Assembly: GCA_951813565.1 (NCBI GenBank)
Contig: OX638351.1
Span: forward strand, 1,248,001 to 1,312,000
DNA length: 64,000 nt
Source: an uncultured Poribacteria bacterium
GTDB taxonomy: Bacteria > Poribacteria > WGA-4E > WGA-3G
Direction: 5' to 3'
The notes below the pieces were generated by a model that saw nothing but the letters and a program-made list of their open reading frames with translations, searched no databases and was not told the origin of the DNA. Position numbers and translations under genes: made by a program. Shown one piece after another: positions 51,023 through 61,573 of this stretch; position 1 is the first letter of the stretch; every line of letters begins with the position of its first letter.

Positions 51023-51817
51023 CTACAGTCGCAAACCTAACATTCCACTGAGATAGAAATATGCCTCTTCAGTATAGCGCGGTAGGTTTTCTGGGTCTTC
51101 AACCTCAAGTTCTAATGTTAGGTTTCCTTGGTAACCTGCTTCTTGGAGTGTCATGATAATCTGCTGTAGGTTGAGTTCACCACGCCCAATGCCGACAGAT
51201 ACAGCACCGATGTGGTCTTTGAGATGCACCGCATAGATACGCGAACCAAACTGACGAATAGCAGCAAACGTGTTGACTCCGGATGTATGGAAGTGTCCCG
51301 TATCAATACAGATTCCTACCCGTTCATCAGGAATAGCATCTAACACTTTTTGGAAATCTTCCGGTTGTTCAAGGACATTCCCGTGGTGTGGTTCAAGTGT
51401 CAATTTGATTTTGCTTTCTGCGGGGATTCTCGCCAACACCTCGCGCGCACAAGCAATAACTCTGTCTAATGCGCCAGATTCAGTTCTACGTTGTGCGCCG
51501 CTGGTTGTTAGATGTGTTGCATTGAGTTGTTCGGCAATGTCCACACATTTCGCTATTGCCTCTGCCCGCGCGTGGACATCGGCATTGCCGTTTCCACCCC
51601 AACCGGGAGGATAGAGTCCAACACACTTCATGCCTGACTTTTCAATATCTCTTTTCATGCCTTTTACGTCAAAAGCGTGGACAGCATCAACGCTCCATAT
51701 AAGCGGTCCGTGAATCTCCATAGCGCGGTAGCCGATTTTCGGTGCGTATTCCAAAGTTGCTGCCACCTCATCTTCAGCATAACCTCGGTAGCAGATAGAG
51801 GCACAAATAATATCCAT
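51023..51817 (-). CDS. Sugar phosphate isomerase/epimerase (xylose-isomerase-like TIM barrel)
   Basis: LEPH, DTGH, VHLKD, LELE. Confidence 0.88.
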   Translation of the reverse strand: MDIICASICYRGYAEDEVAATLEYAPKIGYRAMEIHGPLIWSVDAVHAFDVKGMKRDIEKSGMKCVGLYPPGWGGNGNADVHARAEAIAKCVDIAEQLNATHLTTSGAQRRTESGALDRVIACAREVLARIPAESKIKLTLEPHHGNVLEQPEDFQKVLDAIPDERVGICIDTGHFHTSGVNTFAAIRQFGSRIYAVHLKDHIGAVSVGIGRGELNLQQIIMTLQEAGYQGNLTLELEVEDPENLPRYTEEAYFYLSGMLGLRL

Positions 51818-51865
51818 AAAGTTCCTTATTTTGAGTTAGCCAAAGAACCGTACCAATTCCCAACT

Positions 51866-52120
51866 ATGATGATATTAACCGCATATATTCGTCGTGCCTT
51901 CCTATCCGAAACCAGAAGAAAGTCCCTTCTTTTCAAAAGCGAGCGTTCGATAGTTAATTCCTACTCTCACTGACCAGTACGTGTTAACCTTCTTAAAACC
52001 CAGAGATGGATGTCTTGGATTTTGCTTTAATAGTTCAAAACTCTTATCTGCAAGTTGCTGAACATAACGCGGAAGGTCTTGGTAATGTTTCCGAAAACGC
52101 GGAATTTTTACATGTTTTAT
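51866..52120 (-). pseudogene. ParE/RelE-like toxin, frameshifted
   Basis: NPRHPSLGFKK, WSVRVGINYR; C-terminal WFRIGRHDEY lies in another frame. Confidence 0.75.
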
Positions 52121-52434
52121 ATTTCTTCGCATTTGCCCGCCTGGAAATCAGCAAGTGCTTCCTCCGCGAAGCGGTCAAGTTTTCCAGCCTTTACGTCGTT
52201 TTCAAATTGCTTGTCCTACGTTTCTGCTTGGGTCTCATACATTTTTAAGACTTTTCCAAACTCAATTGCTAATGTTTTTAGTAATTCTTCTCTTGTTCCT
52301 TTTTCGGCAATTATCTCTGGAAGTTCTTGTATCCACCCAACCCATCCTTCACCATTTTTTTGAATGTGGAAGGTATAGGTCTCTTCAACACCCTGTTTCT
52401 GTATTTTGGCTGCATCAACTTTTTCCATGCCCAT
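52117..52434 (-). pseudogene. Antitoxin (HicB-like N-terminus) with an internal TAG
   Basis: GWVGWIQELP; after TAG at 52216-52218 the frame continues DKQFENDVKAGKLDRFAEEALADF. Confidence 0.7.
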
Positions 52435-52618
52435 CTCCTTTGTTAAACACGATTAAAGATAAACCATTATATCCTGTAACAATGCAATTGTCAAGAAATT
52501 CATCTCACCAAATTTCCTTGAAAAATCAAAGGATTGTGGTATCATAACAGGAACTTTACAAATAGGAGAAGAAGTCGGAATCACAAATTGATTCTATCGA
52601 CCAGTAGTAACACATAAA

Positions 52619-53029
52619 ATGATCCAGCAAATTGAGATAACCTTACCTGAATACTCGCGTGGCTTTCACCTTATCACAGATAAAATTATGAAATCGCTTG
52701 GCGAGTTGCCGAAAGTGGGGATTCTCCATCTTTTTATTAAGCACACTTCCGCAGGATTAACCATCAATGAAAATGATGATCCTACGGTGCGTGAAGATTT
52801 TGCCAATAGTTTCGATCGCCTCGTAAAGGAACGCGAACCTTTCTACAAACACACAATCGAAGGCGATGACGATATGCCTGCACATATCAAAGCGTCGCTT
52901 GTTGGGTTTGCTGTATCCATTCCGATTACTGACCATAACCTAAATTTAGGTGTATGGCAGGGCATTTATCTGTGCGAATTCCGCAATCAGGGTGGGAGAC
53001 GCAACCTAACGGCGACGCTTTATTCATAG
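52619..53029 (+). CDS. yjbQ: YjbQ/UPF0047 family protein
   Basis: HTSAGLTINEN, PAHIKASL, LGVWQGIYLCEFR. Confidence 0.93.
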   Translation: MIQQIEITLPEYSRGFHLITDKIMKSLGELPKVGILHLFIKHTSAGLTINENDDPTVREDFANSFDRLVKEREPFYKHTIEGDDDMPAHIKASLVGFAVSIPITDHNLNLGVWQGIYLCEFRNQGGRRNLTATLYS

Positions 53030-53142
53030 CGCGCTTACAAAGATCGCCTATCAGTAAAGCAAATGTAAGAGGCGCAATAAATTGCGCGACTACAAACGCC
53101 ATAAACCCAAAAAATGTCTGGGAGTTTTAGATTTTACTGCAA

Positions 53143-54489
53143 CTATATCCACGAAGATTTTAGTTCATGGACTTTTAACGATACAAGTGTAGCTGAACCA
53201 CCTTCCGCATAAATCCCGATGTCTGCATTATCAAGGTCGGGGAGGAAATAGGAGGTCATTGAGAGCGCACCTGCATTGCCAAATGCTTCAATAGAGATGC
53301 GATCTACTAAAATCTGTAATTGGATTTTACCATCTTGTGGCGCAAGAGGACCGCTCCTTTCAAGGAACGTCAACTGCTTTTCAGCGACATCGTATCGCAC
53401 ATCTTGACCGCGAATATTGAATCCTACAGCCGACGCATCGTTGAGTTCTATCTCTGCGCGGATGTCAAACAGTTCACCTGTTAACCCCGCAAGTAGATTT
53501 TCTTCGGGTTTAAGCGTTACGTTGCTCCAAGCATGCGTCCAGTCATGTATATTTTCGATCTCTGCCACTGGTTCGCGGGACATACGGATACCTTCTGATG
53601 TCGTCCGAAGTGTCAACACACATGGAAAACTCATCTGCTGATTAAAGGGCATCTCAGGAGGATTACTGCCATTCATCCAAGCGATTTGGATGCGGCGACC
53701 ATCGGAATCCGGAATGTCACTCCAAGTTTGTGCGGCGTAAAAGTTTGCGCCGAAGTCTGCCCGTTGTGATTCACCATCTGGCGTGAAGGTTGTGCCGTCG
53801 AAATCACCGACATAATATTTTCCACCGGCACCCCAGAAAACCCATTTGGTATTTTCGGGGTCGCCATCAACAGGAAGTTCAAAGATATCTGGACATTCTC
53901 CATCTGGTATCTTTATATCAGAGAGTTGTTCCCACTCCTTTAGGTTCGTAGAACCAAAAAAGGCAAAATCATTTCCGTCAAGAAAAAGTGTCATCACCCA
54001 TTTTTGTGTCGGTTCGTGCCAGATTACCTTCGGGTCTCGGTTACTTGCGACAATATGCTCAATGACAGGATTGCCTTCATATTTTGTCCAACTCCGTCCA
54101 CGGTCGTTGCTATAGGCGATGCTCTGCGTAAACGGCACTTTCTCTGGGGCATGGCTACCAGCAGACGTATAAAAAACAACCAGCACTGCCTCGTCGCCTG
54201 TTTGGAATCCACCAGTATTGTTCCAGTCTACAACGCCAGAACCGGAGAAAATTGTGCCGAGTTCATCGGGATGGATAGCGTGCGGTAGTTGTTTCCAGTG
54301 AACAAGGTCAGGGCTAACTGCATGTCCCCACGTCATGTTGCCCCAATTGATACCAAATGGGTTGTGTTGAAAGAATAGATGATACTCTCCCTTATAATAA
54401 ATCAATCCGTTTGGGTCGTTGGTCCAGTTAGTTTTCGGTGTGAAGTGGAATTGCGGACGATATGTTTCCTTGTAAGCAGTTTGAATCAT
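53143..54489 (-). CDS. GH32 beta-fructofuranosidase/levanase
   Basis: WTNDPNG, WGHAVS, FSGS, RDP, ECP. Confidence 0.93.
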   Translation of the reverse strand: MIQTAYKETYRPQFHFTPKTNWTNDPNGLIYYKGEYHLFFQHNPFGINWGNMTWGHAVSPDLVHWKQLPHAIHPDELGTIFSGSGVVDWNNTGGFQTGDEAVLVVFYTSAGSHAPEKVPFTQSIAYSNDRGRSWTKYEGNPVIEHIVASNRDPKVIWHEPTQKWVMTLFLDGNDFAFFGSTNLKEWEQLSDIKIPDGECPDIFELPVDGDPENTKWVFWGAGGKYYVGDFDGTTFTPDGESQRADFGANFYAAQTWSDIPDSDGRRIQIAWMNGSNPPEMPFNQQMSFPCVLTLRTTSEGIRMSREPVAEIENIHDWTHAWSNVTLKPEENLLAGLTGELFDIRAEIELNDASAVGFNIRGQDVRYDVAEKQLTFLERSGPLAPQDGKIQLQILVDRISIEAFGNAGALSMTSYFLPDLDNADIGIYAEGGSATLVSLKVHELKSSWI

Positions 54490-54676
54490 TGTCTGTTCCT
54501 TTCTTTTATATGTAGTGTGCTTCGTGGACACATACAACGTGATAATTTATGTTCAATCTCTATACCCATTGCTTTAATGGAGATTCTATACATGTTCCGA
54601 TGTTTTGTCAAGAATGCTTCGTTTGATGTCAATTAAAATTTTCCGTCTCAAAATTGATTTTTTTTTTGTAAAATTA

Positions 54677-54705
54677 TGCACCCGTTTTGTCGTCTCACGC
54701 GTCAC
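54677..54705 (+). promoter_or_regulatory. ECF-type promoter TGCACC-N17-CGTCAC
   Basis: About 50 nt upstream of the ECF start codon. Confidence 0.65.
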
Positions 54706-54755
54706 TATGTGTTAAAATGAACTATTGGGATTATTTTTTGCGGAGGTAACCACCG

Positions 54756-57700
54756 ATGAAAAACGACGCTGAACTAATTCAACGTACGCTTGCAGGCGAT
54801 AATAACGCCTTCTCTGAATTAGTGAAAAAATATCGAAAGCAGGTTCACGCGCTCGCTTGGCGGAAGATAGGCGATTTTCACACCGCTGAAGATATTACGC
54901 AGGATACTTTCCTCAAAGCATACCAAAGACTTCACACCCTCAAAGAACCGCAACGGTTTGCTGGGTGGCTCTATGTTATTGCGACGCGCCGATGCCTCGC
55001 ATGGTTTCGAAAAAAGCGTCTGTGGCACCAAACATTGGAAAATATAGATACACCTGTGACAAGCAAAGATGCTTACTCACAACATGTTGCAGAGGAACAA
55101 GCAAAAACTACCGACAAGGCACAGCAGGAAGTCGTCAAAAAATTACTTGAGACGTTGAAGGAGAGTGATCGCACCGTCATCACACTTCACTATTTCGGTG
55201 AGATGACGTGTGAACAGATGAGCGAATTTTTAGGTGTATCCGCAAACACGATTAAAAGCCGACTTCGCCGTGCACGGAACCGCTTGAAAAAGGAGGAACC
55301 GATGATCCGAGAAGCAATTAGTAACTTTCAAATTTCACCTAACCTAACCGATAACATCATGCAAGAAATCAATCGTCTTAAACCCGCTGCGCCTTCTGCA
55401 AGTAAACCTTTGGTGCCATGGGTGATAGGCGCTGCAAGTACAGTTTTGATTGTGCTAATGCTTGGCATAAGCAGTCAGGACTTAGCGCGTTTCCAACGAC
55501 CTTATAGTTTAGATGCACAGTCTGAGATGGCAGTTGAACTTATTGACGCGCCTGTTGTACAGAGTGCTGATGCAAGACAGGATGTGCGAAATCAACTGGG
55601 GGAACGTTCCGATACGGAGGGTAAAAATAATGGTGATGGAGAGAAAGCGAATCAGGTTTTAGGTGATGAAGGGGACTATACTCGGTGGAATTTACCTAAA
55701 GGTGCAAAACAGAGACTTGGAAAAGGGACTATAACCGATATGCAGCTGTCCCCTGATGGTACCCGTCTGGCTATTGTAAGCTCTACCGGCGTATGGCTTT
55801 ATGATATTGGCTTAGGTGCCGAAACTTCCTTACTTACAAGAGATACAGATTTAATAGGACTTGTCACGTTCTCGCCGGATGGCAAAAAACTTGTCAGTGT
55901 TGGAGGTGACAACATAATTCGGAGTTGGGATGTTGAGAGTGGAAAGCTGCTTTTGAAATTCAATAGTCTTGGCGATTCACTTTCCGCTTTGAAATTCTTA
56001 GCCGATGGAAAAACACTTACTGGTGTGAATAAGAATAGTACGGTCTGGTTCTGGAACATCGCGACCGGAGAACATTTAAAAACTTTCCATCCCGGAGCTT
56101 TAAAAAGAATTAAAATCAAAGGCATCCCTTGGACGCGTGCGTTAGATGTCTTTGTTGACCCCACTGGCGTAGTCAAATATGCTATTGGAAACGAGGATGG
56201 CACAATTAGCATGCAAGATGGACGTAGCATACAAGATGGAGGGACCAGTCAAGAAATACAAACGCTTGTAGCTCGTACAAATGACGCAGCGTTCATCAAG
56301 GATGCCAGAATACCGCCGGATCCAGAAGAGACAGATGGCAAAGAGCCATTTCTCACAAACTATAGGAATGATGGAACGCCTTTTCCTATACAATACAATC
56401 TGCAAGAATACTCTCCATCACGATTGCAAAAACAACCTGTGAAATGGGTGCACGAACTGAAATTTTCACCGGATGGCAAAATGCTTGTGAGTAAGAGCCG
56501 TTATGGGATTCCAATATCAGGAGGATGGGGAGGTATTGCAGGTCCTACTGAAATTTGGAATGTTGATACCGGCGAACAACTGGCAGCACTCCCTGAGTAT
56601 GTAGACGTAAGGTTTTCAGGTGATAGCAAAACCCTCGCGCTTATATCACGGAATACTTTCACAAGGGGAAGCTGCGCGGTATGGGATATTGTTAATAAAC
56701 GTCAAATTGCTGAGTTTCAATCTACATCGGACGTAAAATTTTCAGGTAATGGCAAAAACCTTGCGATAAGAAAAGGCGGAAGTTATACGATATGGGATAT
56801 TGTCACCCAACGTGAAATTGCCTCTCTTATTCTGGATGAAGATTTATTTGTAGTTTTGCCAAGAAACCATCTATTTTCTCAAGATGGGACAATTCTTGTT
56901 AACCATCTATTTTCTCAAGATGGGACAATTCTTGTTACTGAGAATCAAATTGGCACAGTAGATGTGTGGGAAATAAAAAAGGATACACAACCGCGGACCC
57001 TTGCTAAAGACTATGCAAAGGAGATCACGACGTTGGCGTTTACTCATGATGGCAAAACGTTAGCAAGCGGAAGTGATGGTAATATCCAACTCTGGGATAC
57101 AGACAGCGGCGACAAACTGACCGCAATTAGTACGGGAAAAAACAACATTGACGGTTTAACCTTTGCCAGCGATAATAATATCTTAAATGCTGTAGGACTC
57201 ACTTCCACTGTTCAGTGGGATGTCACTACTGGAACCAGGATTAGTGCTAACACTGTTCCTATGAACTTGGCTCGCGCTCAGGGCCTCGCAGTTTCTTGGA
57301 GCGATGGAAAAACACATACATTCCCAATATATGTATATTCTCCAAATTTCAGAACATTGGCTACTAAAAATGAGAATAACAATAATAACAATAAGATTGA
57401 GTTGTGGAATGTTACCAGCCGCGAACATTTATGTAGTCTCACAGAAAAGGCGTATCAATCGGCTAAGGGAGCTATGGCACTAACCCATGATGGAAGTATG
57501 CTCGCAACCGATAACCGATCAGGTAAAGTGTTCTTGTGGGACACACACGCCGACAAACAAATTGCCACGTTCAATACACCTGAAAATTTGATAAAAAAAG
57601 TGTTAGGGGTCCTGAAAAACCGGACGTTGACGTTGGAAAGTCACGATATTTATTCTATGACGTTTGATCACAATGGAAAAAACTTGGCAATTGGAATTAG

Positions 57701-57998
57701 AGATAGAGAGATCCAATTGTGGGACGTTGCTGCCAAAAAACGTGTTAGAACTTTCAAAGCACCACATAAATTTGCAATCTGCAAATTGGCATTTTCGTCA
57801 GATGGTATACTTCTCGCGAGTGGAGATATAGGGGGTAAAATTCACTTATGGGAGTCTACCACTGGTGCACATCTTACTTCTTATGAAGGACATAAAGGTA
57901 ATATCAGTGCCTTAGTGTTTTCCAAAGATAGGAAATTACTTGCGAGCACAAGCAGCCTTGATGGCACCGTCCTTCTTTGGAATGTGCCATCTAAATAG
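54756..57998 (+). CDS. ECF sigma-70-TM-WD40 fusion
   Basis: ECF regions 2 and 4; TM; many FSPDG...LWD repeats. Confidence 0.92.
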   Translation: MKNDAELIQRTLAGDNNAFSELVKKYRKQVHALAWRKIGDFHTAEDITQDTFLKAYQRLHTLKEPQRFAGWLYVIATRRCLAWFRKKRLWHQTLENIDTPVTSKDAYSQHVAEEQAKTTDKAQQEVVKKLLETLKESDRTVITLHYFGEMTCEQMSEFLGVSANTIKSRLRRARNRLKKEEPMIREAISNFQISPNLTDNIMQEINRLKPAAPSASKPLVPWVIGAASTVLIVLMLGISSQDLARFQRPYSLDAQSEMAVELIDAPVVQSADARQDVRNQLGERSDTEGKNNGDGEKANQVLGDEGDYTRWNLPKGAKQRLGKGTITDMQLSPDGTRLAIVSSTGVWLYDIGLGAETSLLTRDTDLIGLVTFSPDGKKLVSVGGDNIIRSWDVESGKLLLKFNSLGDSLSALKFLADGKTLTGVNKNSTVWFWNIATGEHLKTFHPGALKRIKIKGIPWTRALDVFVDPTGVVKYAIGNEDGTISMQDGRSIQDGGTSQEIQTLVARTNDAAFIKDARIPPDPEETDGKEPFLTNYRNDGTPFPIQYNLQEYSPSRLQKQPVKWVHELKFSPDGKMLVSKSRYGIPISGGWGGIAGPTEIWNVDTGEQLAALPEYVDVRFSGDSKTLALISRNTFTRGSCAVWDIVNKRQIAEFQSTSDVKFSGNGKNLAIRKGGSYTIWDIVTQREIASLILDEDLFVVLPRNHLFSQDGTILVNHLFSQDGTILVTENQIGTVDVWEIKKDTQPRTLAKDYAKEITTLAFTHDGKTLASGSDGNIQLWDTDSGDKLTAISTGKNNIDGLTFASDNNILNAVGLTSTVQWDVTTGTRISANTVPMNLARAQGLAVSWSDGKTHTFPIYVYSPNFRTLATKNENNNNNNKIELWNVTSREHLCSLTEKAYQSAKGAMALTHDGSMLATDNRSGKVFLWDTHADKQIATFNTPENLIKKVLGVLKNRTLTLESHDIYSMTFDHNGKNLAIGIRDREIQLWDVAAKKRVRTFKAPHKFAICKLAFSSDGILLASGDIGGKIHLWESTTGAHLTSYEGHKGNISALVFSKDRKLLASTSSLDGTVLLWNVPSK

Positions 57999-58101
57999 GT
58001 GAAAGCAGCTGTCTTGCAAACCTATTGCGATTTCAATCGGGTAATTCCTTACGTCTCATAACCTTGATTCGAAAATCAAGGTTCACGGAATTACCTTTCC
58101 T

Positions 58102-58242
58102 TTTCCCTTCATTCGACATACTTTCCCACCACGGTTGCTTGCCTCCCGAATAAACCTCACATCTTGACAAACCCTCCTGATTTGGTAGAATAGTATTTCA
58201 CTGTTTCCAACCATCCAATTTATAAACATGCAGAATTATGCA
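58102..58242 (+). repeat. 141-bp upstream region identical to 61384-61524
   Basis: Direct comparison; contains TTGACA-N16-TAGAAT and leads into the ECF motif. Confidence 0.9.
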
Positions 58243-58268
58243 ACCGTTTTCCTCCTAAGTCGCGTCAC
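58239..58268 (+). promoter_or_regulatory. ECF-type promoter TGCAAC-N18-CGTCAC
   Basis: Motif match upstream of 58316. Confidence 0.65.
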
Positions 58269-58315
58269 AAGGTTTCAATATGAAAAGTTGAACCTATCTT
58301 TTCTGGAGGCACCTG

Positions 58316-61246
58316 ATGAAAAACGACGATGTTGAACTAATCCAACAGGTTCTTGCTGGCGATGAGTCCGCTTTCGCTGAACTTGTGAAAAAATACCAAA
58401 AGCCAGTTCACGCGCTGGCTTGGCGAAAAATTGGGGATTTCCACATCGCTGAAGAGATTACACAGGACGCCTTTTTGCGAGCATATCAGAAATTGGGAAG
58501 TCTAAAAGATCCAAACCAGTTTTCTGGGTGGCTCTATGTGATTGCGACGCGCCGATGCTACGCTTGGCTCCGCAAAAAACGGATACGGACACAACCGTTG
58601 GAGGACACAGAGATAACGATGGGACAAAAAGATGCTTATTCCCGACATGTCGTAGAACAACGTGCTCAAACCGCTGTTGAAGCACAACGCGATGTAGTCA
58701 AACAACTGCTCGCGAAGTTAAAGGAGAGCGAACGCACGGTAATGGCGCTCCACTACCTCGGTGAAATGACAGTCGAAGAAATTAGCAAGTTCTTAGGGGT
58801 TTCTGCAGGAACAATTAAGAGCCGATTACAACGGGCGCGGCACCGTTTACAAAAGGAGGAAATAATGATTAGAGAAGCACTCGACCATTTTCAAATTTCA
58901 CCCAACCTAACCGATAACATTATGCGAGAAGTCGCACGACTTAAACCCGCTGCGCCTTCTGCAAGTAAACCTTTGGTGCCATGGGTAATTGCTGCTTCAA
59001 GTGCTATTTTGATTGTGTTAATGCTCGGTATAGGTAGTCGATACTTAGCGCTTTTTCAGAAACCTTATAGTTTGGATGCACAAGCTGAAAGAACAATCGA
59101 ACTCCTTGACGCACTTGTCGTTCAGAATCCTGAGGCAAAACCGGATGTCCGAAATCAACCGGGAAAACAGTCCGATATGGATGGTAGAAATAATGGAAAT
59201 GGCGAAAAATCGAATCAAGTTTTAGGTGATGAAGGGGACTATACTCGGTGGAATTTACCGGAAAGGGCGACAGCGCGTCTCAACAAAGGACGCATAGATG
59301 GCATAAGCTTTTCACCAGACGGAACTCAAATTGCAGTAGGTAGTGCTACTGGTGTTTGGATCTATGATGTTCGCACGGGTGATGAACTTGCCCTGCTTAC
59401 TGACCATACATCACGTACAGGGAAAGTGGTATTCTCTCCAGATGGTAGAACGTTGGCAACTGGATTGAATAGTAAAATCTTACTGTGGAATACAGCAACC
59501 GGAAAACTTTTAAAGACTTTTAAAATAATAGAGGATGGGTTGATAAAAGCACTAAGAATTATTGACGATGGCAAAACCCTTCGCTGTGACTATTACGACG
59601 GTTCAGTTCACTTATGGGATATTACTACTGGCGTAAAAAAGGATTTCCGTCCTGCACCCCCACGTGGATTAAGAGGAATACCGAGACGCATTAGGGGGCA
59701 TGAAGTTGCAGCCACAGACTTATACCTTAACAACGTTGGCAACAAAGGTATTTTTGCGGTCGGGGAAATAGATGGTAAAATTCGGTTGGATGATGCTATA
59801 ACCGGACGACATCTGAAAACACTTCAAGGCCACAAAGAACGTATTTCAAAGTTGATATTTTCACCAGATGGTACTCTTCTTGTTTCCGCTGATTATGATA
59901 ATGTTCCACCCCGTTTATGGGATGTAACCACCGGAAAAGTGCTGAAAACGTTAACTACAGATCTGGATATTTATAGGTTTATCCTGAATTTCTCTAAAGA
60001 TGGGAAAACCTTGGCTTGTTCGACGGTGTCGGCGAAGACGAGGTCTCGAAAAATTGAGTTATGGGATGTTGCGACTAAAACACTTCGTACCACTCTTTCG
60101 AAAACAAAGTTAGACTCTAAATTTGGTCAGTTGGCATTTTCACCCGATTCTAAGACGGTTGCGAGGGCGAACCGGAACGGTGAAATCCAAGTATGGGATG
60201 TTAACACCGGTGAAGAATTGTCTTCTTTTCGAACAAAGCATACGCATGGGTCTACAACGTTAGCGTTTTCATCAGATAGTAGAATCTTGGCAAGCGGACA
60301 GGGCAAAACAATAAGGTTATGGGATACGTTCAACTTTACAGAACTTTCTGACCGTATAGACATTGATACTGGTTTCACTACCATGGTCTTATCACCAAAT
60401 GGCAGAACATTGACTGGTGTAAGTGGTTTCACGCTTGAGATAAAAGGAGGGATTGATTCTGTCATCGAAAGTGTACGCGGCAGATTGAATGTGTGGGAAA
60501 CACTCACAGGGAACAAACTATCTGAAGTGCCAGTTGAATCTCACAAAGGAGATGTACCAGAACTTCCAGGGCAGAAATTTAGTTCATTCAGTTCTATTGG
60601 AATGTATGGTCCAACTGTTTTTTCTAAAAATGGTCACATGCTTGCGACTGTTATAAATAAAAATGGTCACCTGCTTCTGATTGATCAAAATTCACAATGG
60701 GCAACTGAGGACAACCGATTTACTGTCCACTTATGGGCTGTTCCCTATAAGAAGTCTCATGCCACTCTCAAGGGACATACAAAAAAAATTAACGTATTGG
60801 CATTCACCCCTAATGGAAAAATGATTGCAAGCGGAAGTGACGACGGAACAATTCGGTTGTGGGATACAAGTACTGGGACACAGATGTTAAGTATCCCCTC
60901 AAGAAAAACCAATTCCTTAGCATTTTCTGAGGATGGTAAAATTCTTGCGAGCAGCGATCCTGTTAATATTCAATTGTGGGATGTTGGTACCGGCAGACAA
61001 CTGAAATCTCTTAAAGCAAAAAACGATTCCGTGAACGTTTTGGCATTTTCCACTGATAGCAATATTCTTGCATGTGGTAACCGGGACGGGACAATTCGAT
61101 TGCGGGACCTTTCTACTGGGAACGAATTAACAACTTTCAAAGGACATGTTGATCGGATAAACGCCTTATCTTTTTCGCCAGATGGCAAAATGCTTGCCAG
61201 TGGTAGCGTTGATGGTGTCATATTCTTATGGAGCATCTCCGATTAA
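58316..61246 (+). CDS. ECF sigma-70-TM-WD40 fusion
   Basis: ECF regions 2 and 4; TM; GH...WD repeats. Confidence 0.92.
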   Translation: MKNDDVELIQQVLAGDESAFAELVKKYQKPVHALAWRKIGDFHIAEEITQDAFLRAYQKLGSLKDPNQFSGWLYVIATRRCYAWLRKKRIRTQPLEDTEITMGQKDAYSRHVVEQRAQTAVEAQRDVVKQLLAKLKESERTVMALHYLGEMTVEEISKFLGVSAGTIKSRLQRARHRLQKEEIMIREALDHFQISPNLTDNIMREVARLKPAAPSASKPLVPWVIAASSAILIVLMLGIGSRYLALFQKPYSLDAQAERTIELLDALVVQNPEAKPDVRNQPGKQSDMDGRNNGNGEKSNQVLGDEGDYTRWNLPERATARLNKGRIDGISFSPDGTQIAVGSATGVWIYDVRTGDELALLTDHTSRTGKVVFSPDGRTLATGLNSKILLWNTATGKLLKTFKIIEDGLIKALRIIDDGKTLRCDYYDGSVHLWDITTGVKKDFRPAPPRGLRGIPRRIRGHEVAATDLYLNNVGNKGIFAVGEIDGKIRLDDAITGRHLKTLQGHKERISKLIFSPDGTLLVSADYDNVPPRLWDVTTGKVLKTLTTDLDIYRFILNFSKDGKTLACSTVSAKTRSRKIELWDVATKTLRTTLSKTKLDSKFGQLAFSPDSKTVARANRNGEIQVWDVNTGEELSSFRTKHTHGSTTLAFSSDSRILASGQGKTIRLWDTFNFTELSDRIDIDTGFTTMVLSPNGRTLTGVSGFTLEIKGGIDSVIESVRGRLNVWETLTGNKLSEVPVESHKGDVPELPGQKFSSFSSIGMYGPTVFSKNGHMLATVINKNGHLLLIDQNSQWATEDNRFTVHLWAVPYKKSHATLKGHTKKINVLAFTPNGKMIASGSDDGTIRLWDTSTGTQMLSIPSRKTNSLAFSEDGKILASSDPVNIQLWDVGTGRQLKSLKAKNDSVNVLAFSTDSNILACGNRDGTIRLRDLSTGNELTTFKGHVDRINALSFSPDGKMLASGSVDGVIFLWSISD

Positions 61247-61520
61247 GGAAACTACGATCCCTGTAATATTTCTCTTTTCTGATCGCGTGTTTGTTATTCT
61301 TAAGATGTTTTGAAAGTGTTTACAACTGATGGCAATCCTCGCGATCATAAATAGCGAAAACTGTCAATCAATTATTGCTTCCATTTCCCTTCATTCGACA
61401 TACTTTCCCACCACGGTTGCTTGCCTCCCGAATAAACCTCACATCTTGACAAACCCTCCTGATTTGGTAGAATAGTATTTCACTGTTTCCAACCATCCAA
61501 TTTATAAACATGCAGAATTA

Positions 61521-61550
61521 TGCACCAGTTTTACCTTTTAGTCGCGTCAC
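61521..61550 (+). promoter_or_regulatory. ECF-type promoter TGCACC-N18-CGTCAC
   Basis: Motif match upstream of 61574. Confidence 0.65.
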
Positions 61551-61573
61551 TATAGGACGATCGGAGGTGATAC

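Noticed and set aside
52216..52218. Stop-codon recoding at the in-frame TAG
   Set aside because: TAG terminates other genes here (mscS, yjbQ, GH32) and the partner toxin is also broken, so pseudogenisation is simpler
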